Origin: Marsupella aquatica
Taxonomy: Eukaryota; Plantae; Marchantiophyta
DNA: 64,000 bases
Reading direction: 5' to 3'
Assembly (NCBI GenBank): GCA_973895155.1
Contig: OZ316898.1
Span: 13,670,330 to 13,734,329 of the forward strand
Both the position numbers and the translations under genes were made by a program. Shown here one piece after another: positions 1 through 14,444 of the stretch. The notes under the pieces are model-generated. The model had not been told where the DNA came from. It worked only from the letters and a program-made list of their open reading frames with translations, and ran no database searches. Within the stretch, counting starts at the first letter, position 1. Every line of letters starts with the position of its first letter.

Positions 1-166
1 TACGCATCAATAAGGGTCCTGGTCCCTCTATCAAACGTCCAATCAAACGTTCCAATCTATCAAGGTAGATATGCACTCCCTCATTCCTCCAAGAATGTAA
101 ATCGCATGCTCCTGTGTCATGGTTTTAGTGAGCTAATCGTGATTTTTGGGGTGTTTGATGATGCAG

Positions 167-252
167 GAAAGTATTATTATCTCCCAAATGCATCAGACTC
201 TGTGGTATCAGCAGCGACTAAGGAGGCACTCGGTCAATTGAAGAGTGAATAG
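167..252 (+). CDS. CHLD: Terminal coding exon of magnesium chelatase subunit D (rest of gene lies left of window)
   Basis: After acceptor ATGCAG(166) the exon reads (G)[27 protein letters not shown], matching the plant ChlD C-terminus ([16 protein letters not shown]...). Too short for the ORF track. Confidence 0.88.
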
Positions 253-1876
253 GTACAGGTAGCGTAGTTTAGAGCCGTGGCTTAAGCGGTATCAGCTGTT
301 CTGCTGACTCCTGGTTGTGATGTTTCAAAAGCACAGCTGCTACATTTTTCGCAGAACTCATCTTGCCATCCTGTCAATCCGAGTGTGCTCCGGTTGGCAA
401 ATAGGGCATGTAGTTTACAGGCGTTTGTAACCTTCCAACTACTCTAGAGCATGCAGGGTGCAGTAACTTAATGTCTCAGTTGCTCGACGTAGGAAGCTGC
501 CCAAGCATTGCAGTGGATGTAAGACTGCCCGATTAAATGATGTGGTCCCCTTATTTAGGGCTAGAGAGCTGCTGGTACCTCGTGCACTGGCACAATTTTC
601 TTTGCTGGGAAGGCAAGCATGTAAAGAAGATAAGATGCCAAGTGTCTTTGTTGCGCAGCCAAGATTGGCACGACGATAGATACCAGCCTTGATTTTCAAT
701 TGACTGACTGTTTTGTGTCTCACCATCCGTCCTTGTATAATAGAGACTACCACAAACTGGGTTGATCTGCCATGTCAATGTCAAGTTCGGCTCGATTGTC
801 AATAACTAGGGTATTCTCAACAGGCAAGCTGTGAGTTGCAAGTCTGCTCTATATCATGCGCTACTAAGAAGCCTGGATTGTTCTCAAATTGATAAGAATG
901 TCTTGGAACTTTTCCTTTATCGAAGGGAAAGGAAAGATGAGGGGTATGCAAGCTTGCACTATTTAGAGTCCTTTGAATGGTTTGTCAAACAGGTACGATA
1001 ATATTTCATAAACTGTCAAATTTTCCATTCCTCAACCGTCACTCTGATGATTTTACTTGTGTTGAGTTATAATTAAGACTTCCATGTTGCATTACCTTCA
1101 TGCACTGTCTGTTTCTCATGTCTCTAATTCCCTCTTAGGAGTAGTAAGTCTCTTCTGGTGGAATAATGGAAGCATGCATACCCCTCATCTTTCCTGAGAA
1201 CAAAGGTTTGACACTGCTACTCAGATGGACACAGTAACTTCATAGTGACATATAATACTCGCAGCAGGCTGAATTTACATTGTAACCAAAGGAACCAATC
1301 TTTTTAGTTGATTGAGAATCCACTGAAAACGCTCTATTCCTGGTCAAATACATGTTTACTTGTCATCAAACTGAAATGTAAAACATGCTATGGGAGTAGA
1401 TTTAATGTGTCATATGCGTCCATCAGGGTTTAGTGTGTCCATCTGAGCTTCAACTGGTTGTTTCCACTCAAATAGGGGATTTAAGTCCATGTCTTTTAGT
1501 GGCAAAACTTAGCCAAATTCCACCCGAGTGAAGCCTTTGCCACCTTTGGAGAACAATCATCAGACTTTTTGTGTTCATTTGCCAGTTTCCCACCTAGCTG
1601 CAGACCTTCTTGGCTACCTTATTGGCTGACTGTTATCCTTAAATCTAGAGATATCTAAAGGTCAGAAATAAGTCACTTAAAATTAATAAAGTAAATTCTC
1701 TTCCACCCCTGGCAATTGAACAAGAAAAATTACTTCTCAAACCCAATGATGAAATATGAGTTAGTGTCACTTTGAGCTCTAAACTTGAAACTTGTTTTCA
1801 GCACAGGCAACTCAACAATTTCAGATCTTGCAACATGATTTTTCGTGCATGGAGGTAACTGACAATCGGTTCCCAC

Positions 1877-2202
1877 TGTGGGGAGAAATCAGATCAGGAA
1901 AAACACTCCAAACATGCACGTGCTCAATAGTTACGTGGTTCGCCTCAAGGTTGGCTACGTCCACGGGAAGACCAAACTTTATTAGCGGTTATGTGTGTAC
2001 TCAAGCATCACCATAGCTCTCATCTCTTCAAGCTCTCATCTCTTGCTATATCCCTGTGTTCTCTCTTGAGAACTCTCTTGTGTGTGTTCTCACACCACAT
2101 ACAAGTTGAAGAGATAAGGATCAATCTCTTCAACTAGGGTTTACTCTAACCCTAGTTAACATCCTAACCATAGTTCAACCCAAGACTGAGTTAACCTCTA
2201 CA
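1877..2202 (-). repeat. 3' LTR of copia-1
   Basis: Direct repeat of 7597-7922; abuts the PPT. Confidence 0.97.
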
Positions 2203-2394
2203 AACTCCCCCTTGACTCACGTCTTGGGAGGGTTCATAATATTGTCTTTTCCTTACAAGTTCCTCTGCGGGAAGTTCAAGACAGTAAGGCCAAAAGGCCC
2301 TCCCCCTAATGCAAGGGTTAACTAGAACTAAGCCGTAACAGATAAGCCATCGGATGGAGTACTCATATAGAGACATTTTCTTGGTTAACTCTAT

Positions 2395-5300
2395 TTACAA
2401 TATTTGTAAATAATTACAATGCCTTGAAAAACTATTGGAGTCTAATACTTTGGTAAAAGCATCCGCTGGATTAAGCTTTCCATCAATCTTGACAAGCTCA
2501 AATTCATCATCCGATAATGCCTGTCGGATGAAATGATAGCGGACATCAATGTGCTTTACCCTGCCATCCATCACCTGATTCTTGGCAGTGTAAATTGCAC
2601 TTTGACTGTCACAATGAAGATACACAGAATCTTGTGATAAGCCCATCTCTTTGACAAGCTTTTTCAACCAAATGGTCTCTGATGCTGCTTCTGCTGCCGC
2701 TACATACTCGGCATCCATAGTAGACTTTGCAACACACTTTTGGAGAGTAGACTTCCAACTAATGCATCCACCAGCAAGTGTAAATACATATCCAGTTGTT
2801 GATCTCCTCTTATCCAGATCACCTGCGTAGTCTGCATCCACATAACCTTGAAGCACTTTCATATTGTTTGAACTTGCATCAAACAATAAACCCTTCTTAG
2901 TGGAACCTCTGATGTAGCGCAAAATCCATTTCACTGCTTCCCAATGGACTTTTCCTGGATTTGCCATGTATCTGCTTACCTTGCTAACGGCATAAGCTAT
3001 GTCTGGTCGGGTGCATACCATGAGATACATTAAACTGCCCACAGCACTTTCATAAGGAACTTTGGACATCAAACTTTTTTCTGTTGTATCCGATGGACAA
3101 AATGCTGCAGAAATATTGAAATGCCTTGCCAAAGGAACACTCACAGCCTTAGCATCTGCCATGTTGAATTTTGAGAGCACCTTCTCTGCATATCTTTTTT
3201 GCGTCAGCCAAAGTTTGGCTTTGTTCACATCCCTGACAATCTCCATGCCTAGGATCCTCTTGGCTGTGCCCAAGTCCTTCATCTTAAACTCAGAATTGAG
3301 TTGGGCCTTAAGCTTATTAACTTCGCCCCTATCCTTTGCTGCAATGAGCATGTCATCCACATAAAGTACAAGGATGACAAACTTAAAACCTATGTTGTTC
3401 ACACGCCTGATGTAAACACATGGATCGTACACGCTTCGCAAAAATCCAAGCGATTTCAAAAATTCATCAAAACGCTTGTTCCATTGCCTTGGGCTCTGCT
3501 TTAATCCATACAAGGATTTTAGCAATCTGCATACCAAATTTTCCTTGCCCTTTTGTACAAAACCCTCTGGTTGCCTCATGTAAATCACCTCATCCAACGA
3601 TCCATATAAGAATGTCGTGACAACATCCATTTGATCTAAAACTAGATCAAATAAAACTACAAGAGCACATAGCAAACGTATTGTTGAATACTTTGCTACG
3701 GGTGAAAAAACCTCATTGTAGTCTATACCTTTCTGTTGAGTAAAACCCTTGGCTACCAACCGAACCTTAAATATCTTCTCAGCATCCTCCGTGGGTCCAT
3801 CTTTCTTTCTATACACCCACTTGTTGTCAACAGCCTGCTTGTCACTAGGTAGACTTGTGAGTTCCTAAGTCTTGTTATCATGAAGTGATTTCATTTCCAT
3901 GCGCATCGCCGCCTGCCATTGTTGCTTCTCCATAGAAGCTAGGACCTCTCGAAATGAGGATGGATCTCCATCTTCTGTCACCAATGCATCAATAGATTTT
4001 TCATCCAAATCCACTTGATCAGAAGGAAGCCAAGTTCCATACCTTTCTCAGGCTTGACGTTTGCGAGTTCCTCTTCGCACTGAAGACTCTGGCTGATCTG
4101 ATTGTAGTGTGCTTTGCCTTACAGTGGTGTCAACATATTCTTCATCTGACACATCCTTTCCCCTTAAATCCTCTAGAGAAGGAGATTGCTCTTTGTTAGT
4201 AGTAGGGAATTGATCTATCTCCCCCTCCTTCAATGATTTTTCTTCATTGAAGGATACATCCCGACTAACAAGTAACTTGCAATCAATTGGATCCCACAAC
4301 CGATAACCTTTAATTTCACGCTGATAACCAAGAAAAATGCATTTCTGGGCTCTAGGATCTAGCTTAGTCCTATTGTTGCTAGGAACATGTGCATATGCTT
4401 CACAGCCAAAAACCCTAAGCTTTGAATAATTAGCAGGTCGATTGTGCCATAACTCAAAGGGGGTTTTGTAAGTAATTGCTTGACTAGGAGAGAGATTTAC
4501 TAGATAAGCAGCAATGTTCACAGCTTCCGCCCAAAAGATTTGTGGCAATTTAGAGTGGCTCAACATGCTCCTTGCTCGCTCCAACAATGTGCGGTTGAAT
4601 CGCTCAGCAACACCATTTTTCTCAGGAGTGTACACAGTTGTGAGATGGTGAGTAATTCCCTTATTTGCACAATACGTGTTGAACTCGCCAGAGGTGTATT
4701 CACCACCATTATCTGATCGTAGATATCTCACATTCTTTGCAATCTGTGTCTCAACTTGAGCTACCCATTGTTTGAAGATGGAAAGCACTTCAAACTTATG
4801 GGCAATGAAATAAATCCAAACAAACCTTGAGTAATCATCGATAAATGATACATAGTATTGTTTGCCTGAATGTGAGGAAACCGGAGCAGGACCCCACACA
4901 TCAGAATGAATATACTCAAGTACAACTTTAGAATGATGAATAGCAGTCGGAAATGGAGTTCTTGTTTTCTTGCCGACAATGCAATGATCACAAAAACTCA
5001 ACTTGCATGCTTGCAATCTTGGTAGGAGATGTCGCTTGTGTAAAATTTCCAAACTTTTTTCACTCATGTGACCAAGCCGAGCATGCCATAAATTGATTTT
5101 CTCCTCCTGAGATGTGACCAAATTGACTTCGGCAGGAAGGGTGGTGCCTTCCAAGACATAAATGTTTCTTTTCCTCTTGCCAATAAGAACTTCAATTTAT
5201 CCATGTGTGACTGTTAACACCCCATCAGTTGCACTCCATTGATAACCCTTCGCATCCAAGTAGCCAAGAGAAATCAAATTCTTACACATTTCTGGAATGT

Positions 5301-6423
5301 GTCTGACATTTGATAGAGTACAGTACTTGCCACCAGGTAATTGAATCTTTACGGATCCAATCCCTAAAACTTTGCAAGAATGATTATTTCCCATCAAAAC
5401 AGATCCGTTGATAGGAGTGTAGGATGAGAAAAATTCACGCATATAACACATGTGATACGAGCAAGCGGAATCCAAAATCCATTGACAATCCTCAACTTGG
5501 GAAGTGGTACACAATGCAAATCCTTCACTATCCTCTTCTCGAACAACTACTTGGGCTGAAGAACCGGCAACTTCCTTGAATGTGTCTTTGACGCAACAAT
5601 CCTTCTTCATGTGGCCCACTTTATCACACTTCCAACACTTTATTTCACGAGTAGACTTGGATGGTGATTTGGATCGAGATCTGGATCTAAACCTCCTCCT
5701 ACCAAAAGATCGGTTGTGGAACCTTCCTCGCTCCATGGGAAGTGGGTTAAACCTTTTGTTTTCATGAGATGGCTCCCTTGATTTGCCTCTTTCTACCAAC
5801 AGTGTTGTTGATGATGAGGTTGAGGTAGGATGAGCTGAAGAAACCAACTTAGACTGCATGTCATCGGTCAACAGGGCACTCACCACATCATTGTAGGATA
5901 TAGTTGTCTTATCACGGAATATAAGAACTCGAGACAAAGATTGGTACGAAGGTGGTAGTGAGCTCAAGAGTTGTAAGGCTTTCTTTTCTTCGCTCAAATG
6001 CTCCCCCAAATTCTCTAGGTCAACCACAAGATCATTGAACTGATCGATATGATCTTGAATCTTGACTCCATCAGCCATTTTGAATTGCATGAGCTTCAGG
6101 CTTGCATACATTCGGTTTGACATCTCCTTCTTGTAGTACTTGTTGCGCAATGCTTGAAACAAGTCCGTCACCGTTTGTGTTGATTTTTCCTCAAACTGCT
6201 TCTTCACATTGTTTTTCAGGTACATTCCAACAATGCTTATCGCTTGATCCTGAAGATCATGCCAATCATCATCTTCCATCTCCTTGGGTTGAGATCTTAG
6301 TACCTTGCCTAGGCCCATCGCCCTAAGTGCATCCCTCACGTTACGTTCCCACATTGTATAGTCCATCCGACCATCAAATTTTTCCACCTCAAACCTTTGA
6401 CCTCCAATCCTAGTAGTCGCCAT
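2395..6423 (-). pseudogene. copia-1 gag-pol polyprotein with three in-frame stops
   Basis: ORFs 5197-6423, 4048-5154 and 2395-3816 share one frame. Motifs: gag zinc knuckle CWKCDKVGHMKKDC, protease WILDSACS, GAG-pre-integrase LWHARLGHMS, integrase D..SDNGGE..E, RT YVDD, RNase H YVDADYAG. Stops: TAA 5199-5197, TGA 4050-4048, TAG 3867-3865 (Trp position). Confidence 0.95.
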
Positions 6424-7596
6424 CGCTAGAATGCCAAATGTAGTGTGGAGTTGCCTTCCAACAAGAAATAAACGTCGAATGCTTAGATGCGGGGTGTGAA
6501 AATAAGGCCAAAAATGAAAGTTGGTGAATTTTGAAACTGATCACTCCTGTGTGTAGCCCACAAGGTAACGCTCCAAATGCTGAAAACGGTTTGTCAAACG
6601 GACTCTCGAGTGCCGAGAATTTTTACTCTGACCGGAGGGGGGTAAAAAATGAAATAAATACCCCTCGAGGGAATCTTTTATGCCAAAGATTCCACTAATA
6701 TGCGTTTCCAAAATTGAGCACACCAATGCTTGCCTAGCTTCCCCCAGTACACCTCTCCAAAAGTTGAAGTTGATTCGATTTTGTTTGCCGCTCAGAATCT
6801 TTGACCTTCGGTAAAAATTTAAGCCTGTGGAAAAAGAATCTTTTCGGGAAATTCCGTCCGCCCTTGTACAGCCCATGTGGGGGAAATTCACAGGGGGCAC
6901 TTCCCCCTACCCGAGCCCTGTCGAGCCCTAAAAGGCCTCCTCGAAGTTTTCGACCTCCTCGCGCGTCCGCGGAAGTCGCGACTACTTGCGGCAGAAAGTA
7001 CCCCTCGGCGGATTCACTCAAATTCCCGTCTCAGTTTTTGACTAAATCTAATTATGATTTCAGATTCAGAAACTAGACTTCGAGGGCATCAAGATCGATA
7101 TAAAGAACTCGCAAAACGATGGAGTAATGAGGGAGAAACGATTCGTTGAAAGTGACTGATATTAAGTTATCCGCCATAGCCAAAATTTCGAGCTCAAAAA
7201 AACGAGAATTGAAATTAAGATTACTTCTCAACCGTTTGACGAAATCTAGCGATGTTGATATCAAAACATCTAGAAAGACGAGGCGCTCAAGCGTGTCTCA
7301 GTTTCAAGTCCCGATAGAACAATCAAAAAGACTGATCTGAGAAATTGACCTTATCTCTTGCCCGATAACGTAATTTGAAAACCGTCACTTACAATTGTTT
7401 CCGTTTTTGACCTCAGGCCTTCATTGCTTCACTGAAATGAGCCCCTGGTTGTGTGCTCCACACTTGTGAGAAGATTGAGTCCGATCTTCTTCCAATAGCT
7501 CCGCTTTGAAGAGGAAATCATCCGCTGTTCGCTTTGCTTGAAGCAAGTTCTATGGAGTTCCTAATCGACTGAAAAAATCTGAGCTCTGATACCAAT

Positions 7597-7922
7597 TGTG
7601 GGGAGAAATCAGATCAGGAAAAACACTCCAAACATACACGTGCTCAATAGTTACGTGGTTCGCCTCAAGGTTGGCTACGTCCACGGGAAGACCAAACTTT
7701 ATTAGCGGTTATGTGTGTACTCAAGCATCACCATAGCTCTCATCTCTTCAAGCTCTCATCTCTTGCTATATCCCTGTGTTCTCTCTTGAGAACTCTCTTG
7801 TGTGTGTTCTCACACCACATACAAGTTGAAGAGATAAGGATCAATCTCTTCAACTAGGGTTTACTCTAACCCTAGTTAACATCCTAACCATAGTTCAACC
7901 CAAGACTGAGTTAACCTCTACA
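7597..7922 (-). repeat. 5' LTR of copia-1
   Basis: Direct repeat of 1877-2202; followed on the minus strand by the PBS. Confidence 0.97.
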
Positions 7923-8836
7923 CCCACTGGGACTTCCCAGTCTCAATCAAAAGGAAGTTTGCCACATAAGGTGTCTTTCCTCTCTCAAGGAGTAAATATC
8001 GTGACCAAACCGAGGTTATGACTCCAGACAATTCTGTAATATGTAAATCATGCAACCAGCAAGAAGCAGCCTGCAGTGATGAAAAGAAATTCCCACACCT
8101 TATTTTAAAGAAACTTTAACACGCAAAAAAACTTAAGCTATTCCTCACGTTAAGGTCATCTGGATGATTCCTAGCTTTTTGGTGCTTTAGGCTGCTACCA
8201 CGTAAGCACTTTTAGCATGATTACATCTCATAATCTTAGAACTTATTTTGTACAGCCTGCATGCAGCACAGAGTTGTGTTCGAATTCTGCAGCCAGGCAT
8301 GTTGGACATCAATCAGTGGATACATCATTGTTTAAATCACCCAAACACCCTTAACGTGAGGTTAAAGGCGCCTGCTCATTTCATCATGAGGTATTTTGCC
8401 TCCATGTATGGTCTCCCCACTTACTCAGGTCGACAACATACCTCATAATGAAACATCAGTCATCAACTGTATACTTAGTGCCACTCTGAAATTTGACCCT
8501 TGTATTTTTGAGGGCATTCTGGGCCCACAATGCCCCGTCAAGTTTGGATCACCTCTTTAGGAAGATTCTAGTCTACTGTTACTAAAGCTAAAAAATAAAT
8601 ACTTTTCAGGCCTATAAGAGTAGTGCCCCCCAAAATGAGAGCTTCAAGGAGGACTTCACTGTATACATAAACAATGCTGTATTTATTTTCCCATGAAAGG
8701 CACCCTGCAGGTCGACTTTCATAGGGAGCCTCAATCAAGAATGTCCAGCGACAAGAAAGTCTCACTGCAAGCTGCAAGAAGCATCCAAGAAGGGAGAATG
8801 GCTTCTTCTTGGTTTCTTCAGTTCGTCCCGTTTAGG

Positions 8837-10348
8837 TAGGTGGACATGATATAAACCCAGCTGTCCTATTTCCTTTGTCATTTGTACCGTATTTAATCTG
8901 CACCATTGCATGCAGCTTTTTGAGCAAAGTTGGCTTTAGATGAGAGCAACAACACAGCATGGTTTGGACATTCCTAATCTTAGTTGTCTTCCAATGGAGC
9001 CTTGAGCAATATGCTGATGTGTCATGGTTGATGGTTCTCACAATTTGTTACTGTTCTGGTGATGTGGAAAAGCCATGCCACTAAGAGACACGCTGATGGA
9101 CTACCCTAAACACTTTCATGGCTAGACACATGTTGAAATGATATGACCCCACCTACTGTACTGAAGACGTCAGGGTGGTTATCTTCAGTACTAATATCTG
9201 TAGAATAACAAACTTGGTGCACCTTCGTTTGTCCAATATAGCATATCCCAGCAGTAGCAAACATGGCTAGGTGGACATGACACAAACCCAGCTGTCGTAT
9301 TTCCTTATCATTTGTACCGTATTTAATGTGCACCATTGGATGCGGCTTTTTGAGCAAAGTTGGCTTTAGATGAGAGCAACAACACAACATGGTGTGGAGT
9401 TTTGGACATTCCTATCTTAGTTGCCTTTCAATGGAGCCCTTGCCTCTGGTCCCGGTTTGAACTGACGGGCAACTTGCCGAGTTGCCGGGCACGTAAACTC
9501 GGCATTTGCCGGACTAAAAAGCCTCTATTTGACGCATATTCGCACTTATTCCCCGGCCCAGCCCGAACTCTTCCCGGCCTCCTCCCGGACGCTGCCGCCC
9601 TTCCCCTCTCAGCACCCGGCGCGTCCCCCCCCCCCTCACCCGGACCCGGCCTGCCCCGTCCCGGCCCGGCCTCCTCCCCTCCCTCCCTGCCCGGCCAGCC
9701 CGGCCCTCCTCCCCTCCTCCGTGCCTGCCCTGCCCGGCCCGCCCCCCCCCTCACCCGGACCCGGCCTGCCCCATCCCGGCCCGGCCCGGCCTCCTCCCCT
9801 CCCGAGCTCCCCCCCTCCTCCCCCTCCCGAACTCAGCCCCCCTCCCCTCCTCCTCCTCCCGCTCCCCTCCCCCTCCCCCCCTCCCGAACCCCATCCTCCT
9901 CCCCTCCTCCTCCCGCTCCCCTCCCCCTCCTCCCCTCCCGCTCCCCGTCCCCTCCTCCCGCCTCCTCCCCCTCCCCTCCTCCCGCCTCCTCCTCCCCCCG
10001 CTCCCCTCCGCTCCCCTCCCCTCCCCTCCCCTCCCGAACCCCCCTTCTTCCCCCCTTCTTCCCCCCTCCCTTCCCCTCCTCCCGAACCCCCCCCCCTTCT
10101 CCCCCCCCTCCTCCCGAACTCCCTCCTTCCCCTCCCAGGCTCCCCCTCCTCCCTGCCGGGCCGGGGCCTATTAATAGGGGAGACCGGGGGCCGGGGCCGG
10201 GACTGGGGGAGTGAAAGACGGGGGAGGCCGGGGCCGGGACCGGGACCGGGGGAGTGAAAGATGGGGGAGGCCGGGCCATCTGTAGAATAGCAAACTTGGT
10301 GCACCTTTGTTTGTCCAAACTAGCATATCCCGGAAGTAGCAAACATGG
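8837..10348. repeat. ~431-bp tandem duplication whose second copy is interrupted by a GC-rich insertion
   Basis: TAGGTGGACATGA at 8837 and 9268. Copy 2 stops at ~9442 and resumes at 10278 (ATCTGTAGAATA..., matching ~9196). Confidence 0.8.
9451..10277 (+). mobile_element. Truncated GC-rich DNA-transposon-like insertion with C/T low-complexity interior
   Basis: Begins CCCGGTTTGAACTGACGG...GCATATTC, the same terminus as the TSD-flanked element at 32299-32728 (reverse). Interior is almost entirely C/T runs. No second TIR seen. Confidence 0.55.
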
Positions 10349-10459
10349 TTTGTAGGCTGTTGTCATAATGTCAAATTTGTGAGGCAGCAATTTGGCCCAA
10401 ACATAAATGGTACTGTACCAATGCCCCATTGCACAAGAATAGTTTGACAATAAGAAACG

Positions 10460-10812
10460 TTTTGAGGCTATTCACTTCTTTACAAATGGAGCAGCAGGTT
10501 ACTGACACTTGACACCATGCCCCATTTCTGAGGGTATCCCTTCCTTACAAATGGGAGCAACAGCTCACTAACACTTGACCTCCATGCCCCCGTTTGAGGC
10601 TATTCCCTTCCTAAAAATGGGAGCAACAGCTCAATGGCACTTCGAGGACATGGATGTTCCAACGACCTCTCCCTTTCTGAGGGTATCCCTTCCTTACAAG
10701 TGGGAGCAACAGCTCACTAACACTTGACCTCCATGCCCCCTTTTGAGGCTATTCCCTTCCTACAAATGGGAGCAACAGCTCAATGGCACTTAGAGGACAT
10801 GCATGTTCCAAC
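10460..10812. repeat. Tandem repeat of ~65-85-bp units (GGGAGCAACAGCTCA... core)
   Basis: Core repeated at ~10488, 10553, 10619, 10702 and 10768; two reverse copies at ~33790-33895. Confidence 0.8.
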
Positions 10813-12992
10813 TAGCAGAGGTAGCTACTACTCTATATGCTGACCACTAGAGGATCACACTATTGGTCTATTTTCCATCCATAGTTTGTTCAGTTTTGGG
10901 TTTGCATTTGTCCTCTTCTTATTAGTTTCATGTTGTTCCTGGAGCAATTTTTCTTTTACTCTATTGTACTTTGTTTGGCCCTTCTAAATAAACTGGTCGT
11001 CTTGTTAAAGAAAAATTAAAATGGGAAGGGTCCAAGAAGGGGGATCCATTGAAAGCCCAAAAATGAGTTTCCCAGGATGACTTCCTTGCCCTTGTACTTA
11101 TTTGTGTATCTCAAACCTCCCTTTTTCCCTGCCATTGTGAGAAATCTACTGCCATGACCCTACCTGAAGCCTAATTTGGGCTTACTTGATCAAGTGGGTT
11201 ACCAGTTAGAGACAGGTTTTGTCATGCTCCCACGGGCCACCTGGGTGCTTACAATTTTAAAATGGCCACCTACAACTATTGAAAGGCCCCAAAACATATT
11301 GCATAGAGCATTTTTTGGTGCAATCTCAGGTGTGTTGGCTGCCTGAGTTGCAAATGGTTTAGGGTCCAAAATCTGCAGATATTTGTGCTTTGACCCATCC
11401 CATAACATTTTGGTCACAGGAAACCTCCACAAATGAGCTGGTTTACAAGGCCCTATGGAATCCCTAGCCCTCATAGTTATTAGGGCAAACTCGCAGGTGA
11501 AGTGTCTTTCAAAAAATGGCCTTTAACTTAGTCGTGTGAGGATGTGAACAAACAAGATTTCTGGCAGTTCCCCCTCAAGCACCAGGCCTGACAGCATATT
11601 TTGTGGGGTCCCAAGGGCAAGGACCTGAAAGTTTTCAGCCCTTGCAGGTCCCGACCTTTGCCTTGTGTGAAAAACAAAAACAAGTATAAACTAGCTACAA
11701 ACTCTTTGTCTTGTGGAAAAAACAAAACAACTATGCACTTGCTACAAACTCTCTCCTAGTTGAGAAGTACAGACCAAGATTTGTGTCCAACTGTCCATCA
11801 TAAAAGTGCTACATTTTCCCAAACATGTTGGGAGCACAAAGTGCAGCATGATCACATGTGAGTTGGCCCTTAAACCACCACTAGCCATATAAAAGGGGGG
11901 AAGTGTGCAAGATTTCTCCATTTTTCCATTTACTCTCATTCTTCTTCTCTCCCCTTCCAGATTGCTCCACAAATTAAAGAAATGATATTATTTATAGTGA
12001 AACCTACCATAACCAACTTACCATAATTCCTGTCAGAAGAAAGGTTACCGGTGTGTATCCTTTTTTACTAGGTGCCACCATTTCCATAACCCTGTGATAT
12101 CTTTTGCCCAAGCAGGTATTACATATGATAATGACTGATTGGGCTGGGTTATTGTCTGAAACCTGTTCCCACAAGCTTAGAAAAACTTCCCGGTTATCGC
12201 TGGTCATCATTTTCTCACTTTCTGGTCGCAGAGTTACAGACTAGTAACCCACAAACCAATCAGTCATTACCCTATAGGTAAGCCCACGAGGGTCTTCGTT
12301 TCTATTTCAACATAAAAAATGAGTGTACCATAACAGTGTTTAGGGTTCATGAATAAAAAAAATTAGACTTAAAGAATTATCCAGGAAACAAATTGGAGCT
12401 AGTGTTTTGTAATCCCACGAGGGAAGACCTTTTCTACAATGTACACTATGTACAGTAGGTAATTCTATGACGGTCCCTCCGAAGGAGTCCTTCGTTTGGG
12501 TCCGTCCAGACAGTTCCAGGTGTTGTTCCTCCGGCACGCCGTCATTCGGGTCTCGTCGGCCACTCCATGGAGTCATGGACCATGGTGCATCGTCCCCTTT
12601 TCTCCTCGTTGAACGGAACGTACCTTGCGTTACATTTAAGATTTACAGTGGTGCACTGTCATTTCCCTCCACTGAAGTACTGGACGACGGATTCTCTCCG
12701 GATGGGGAAGAGAAGCTGCTTACGTTTGCAACGGGACGGCACACAGTAAAATACCCGGATCGGTGGTGTACAAGAAAGCACGTTATTGCGCGTTGACGTG
12801 ACTCCACCGCTCCTCGTCCTCCTCGTCCTCCTCCAGTCCTCATCTTATCGAGATTAAAGGGGCTTCGACGCAATAGACGAGCCATTCAGAGTTCTCTCTC
12901 CTTCCTCTTTTCGAGTTAGGATTGCTGTGGAGAGCTTTGAATTGTGGAGACCGTGGTGGGTTTGAAATTCTGCGTAGATAGCAGGTCGGTGA

Positions 12993-14444
<1,452 letters not shown>

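Larger units (their letters stand above)
1877..7922 (-). mobile_element. Full-length Ty1/copia LTR retrotransposon, Tnt1/Tork-like (copia-1)
   Basis: 326-bp TG...CA LTRs at 1877-2202 and 7597-7922 (1 mismatch). Perfect 5-bp TSD CCCAC (1872-1876, 7923-7927). tRNA-iMet PBS TGGTATCAGAGC (7594-7583). PPT AAGGGGGAGTT (2213-2203). Domain order gag-PR-IN-RT-RH. Confidence 0.98.

Noticed and set aside
9360-10450. Pro-rich (extensin-like) and Gly/Arg-rich ORFs in five frames
   Set aside because: They arise from stop-free C/T low-complexity DNA; no signal peptide, and they lie inside an insertion.
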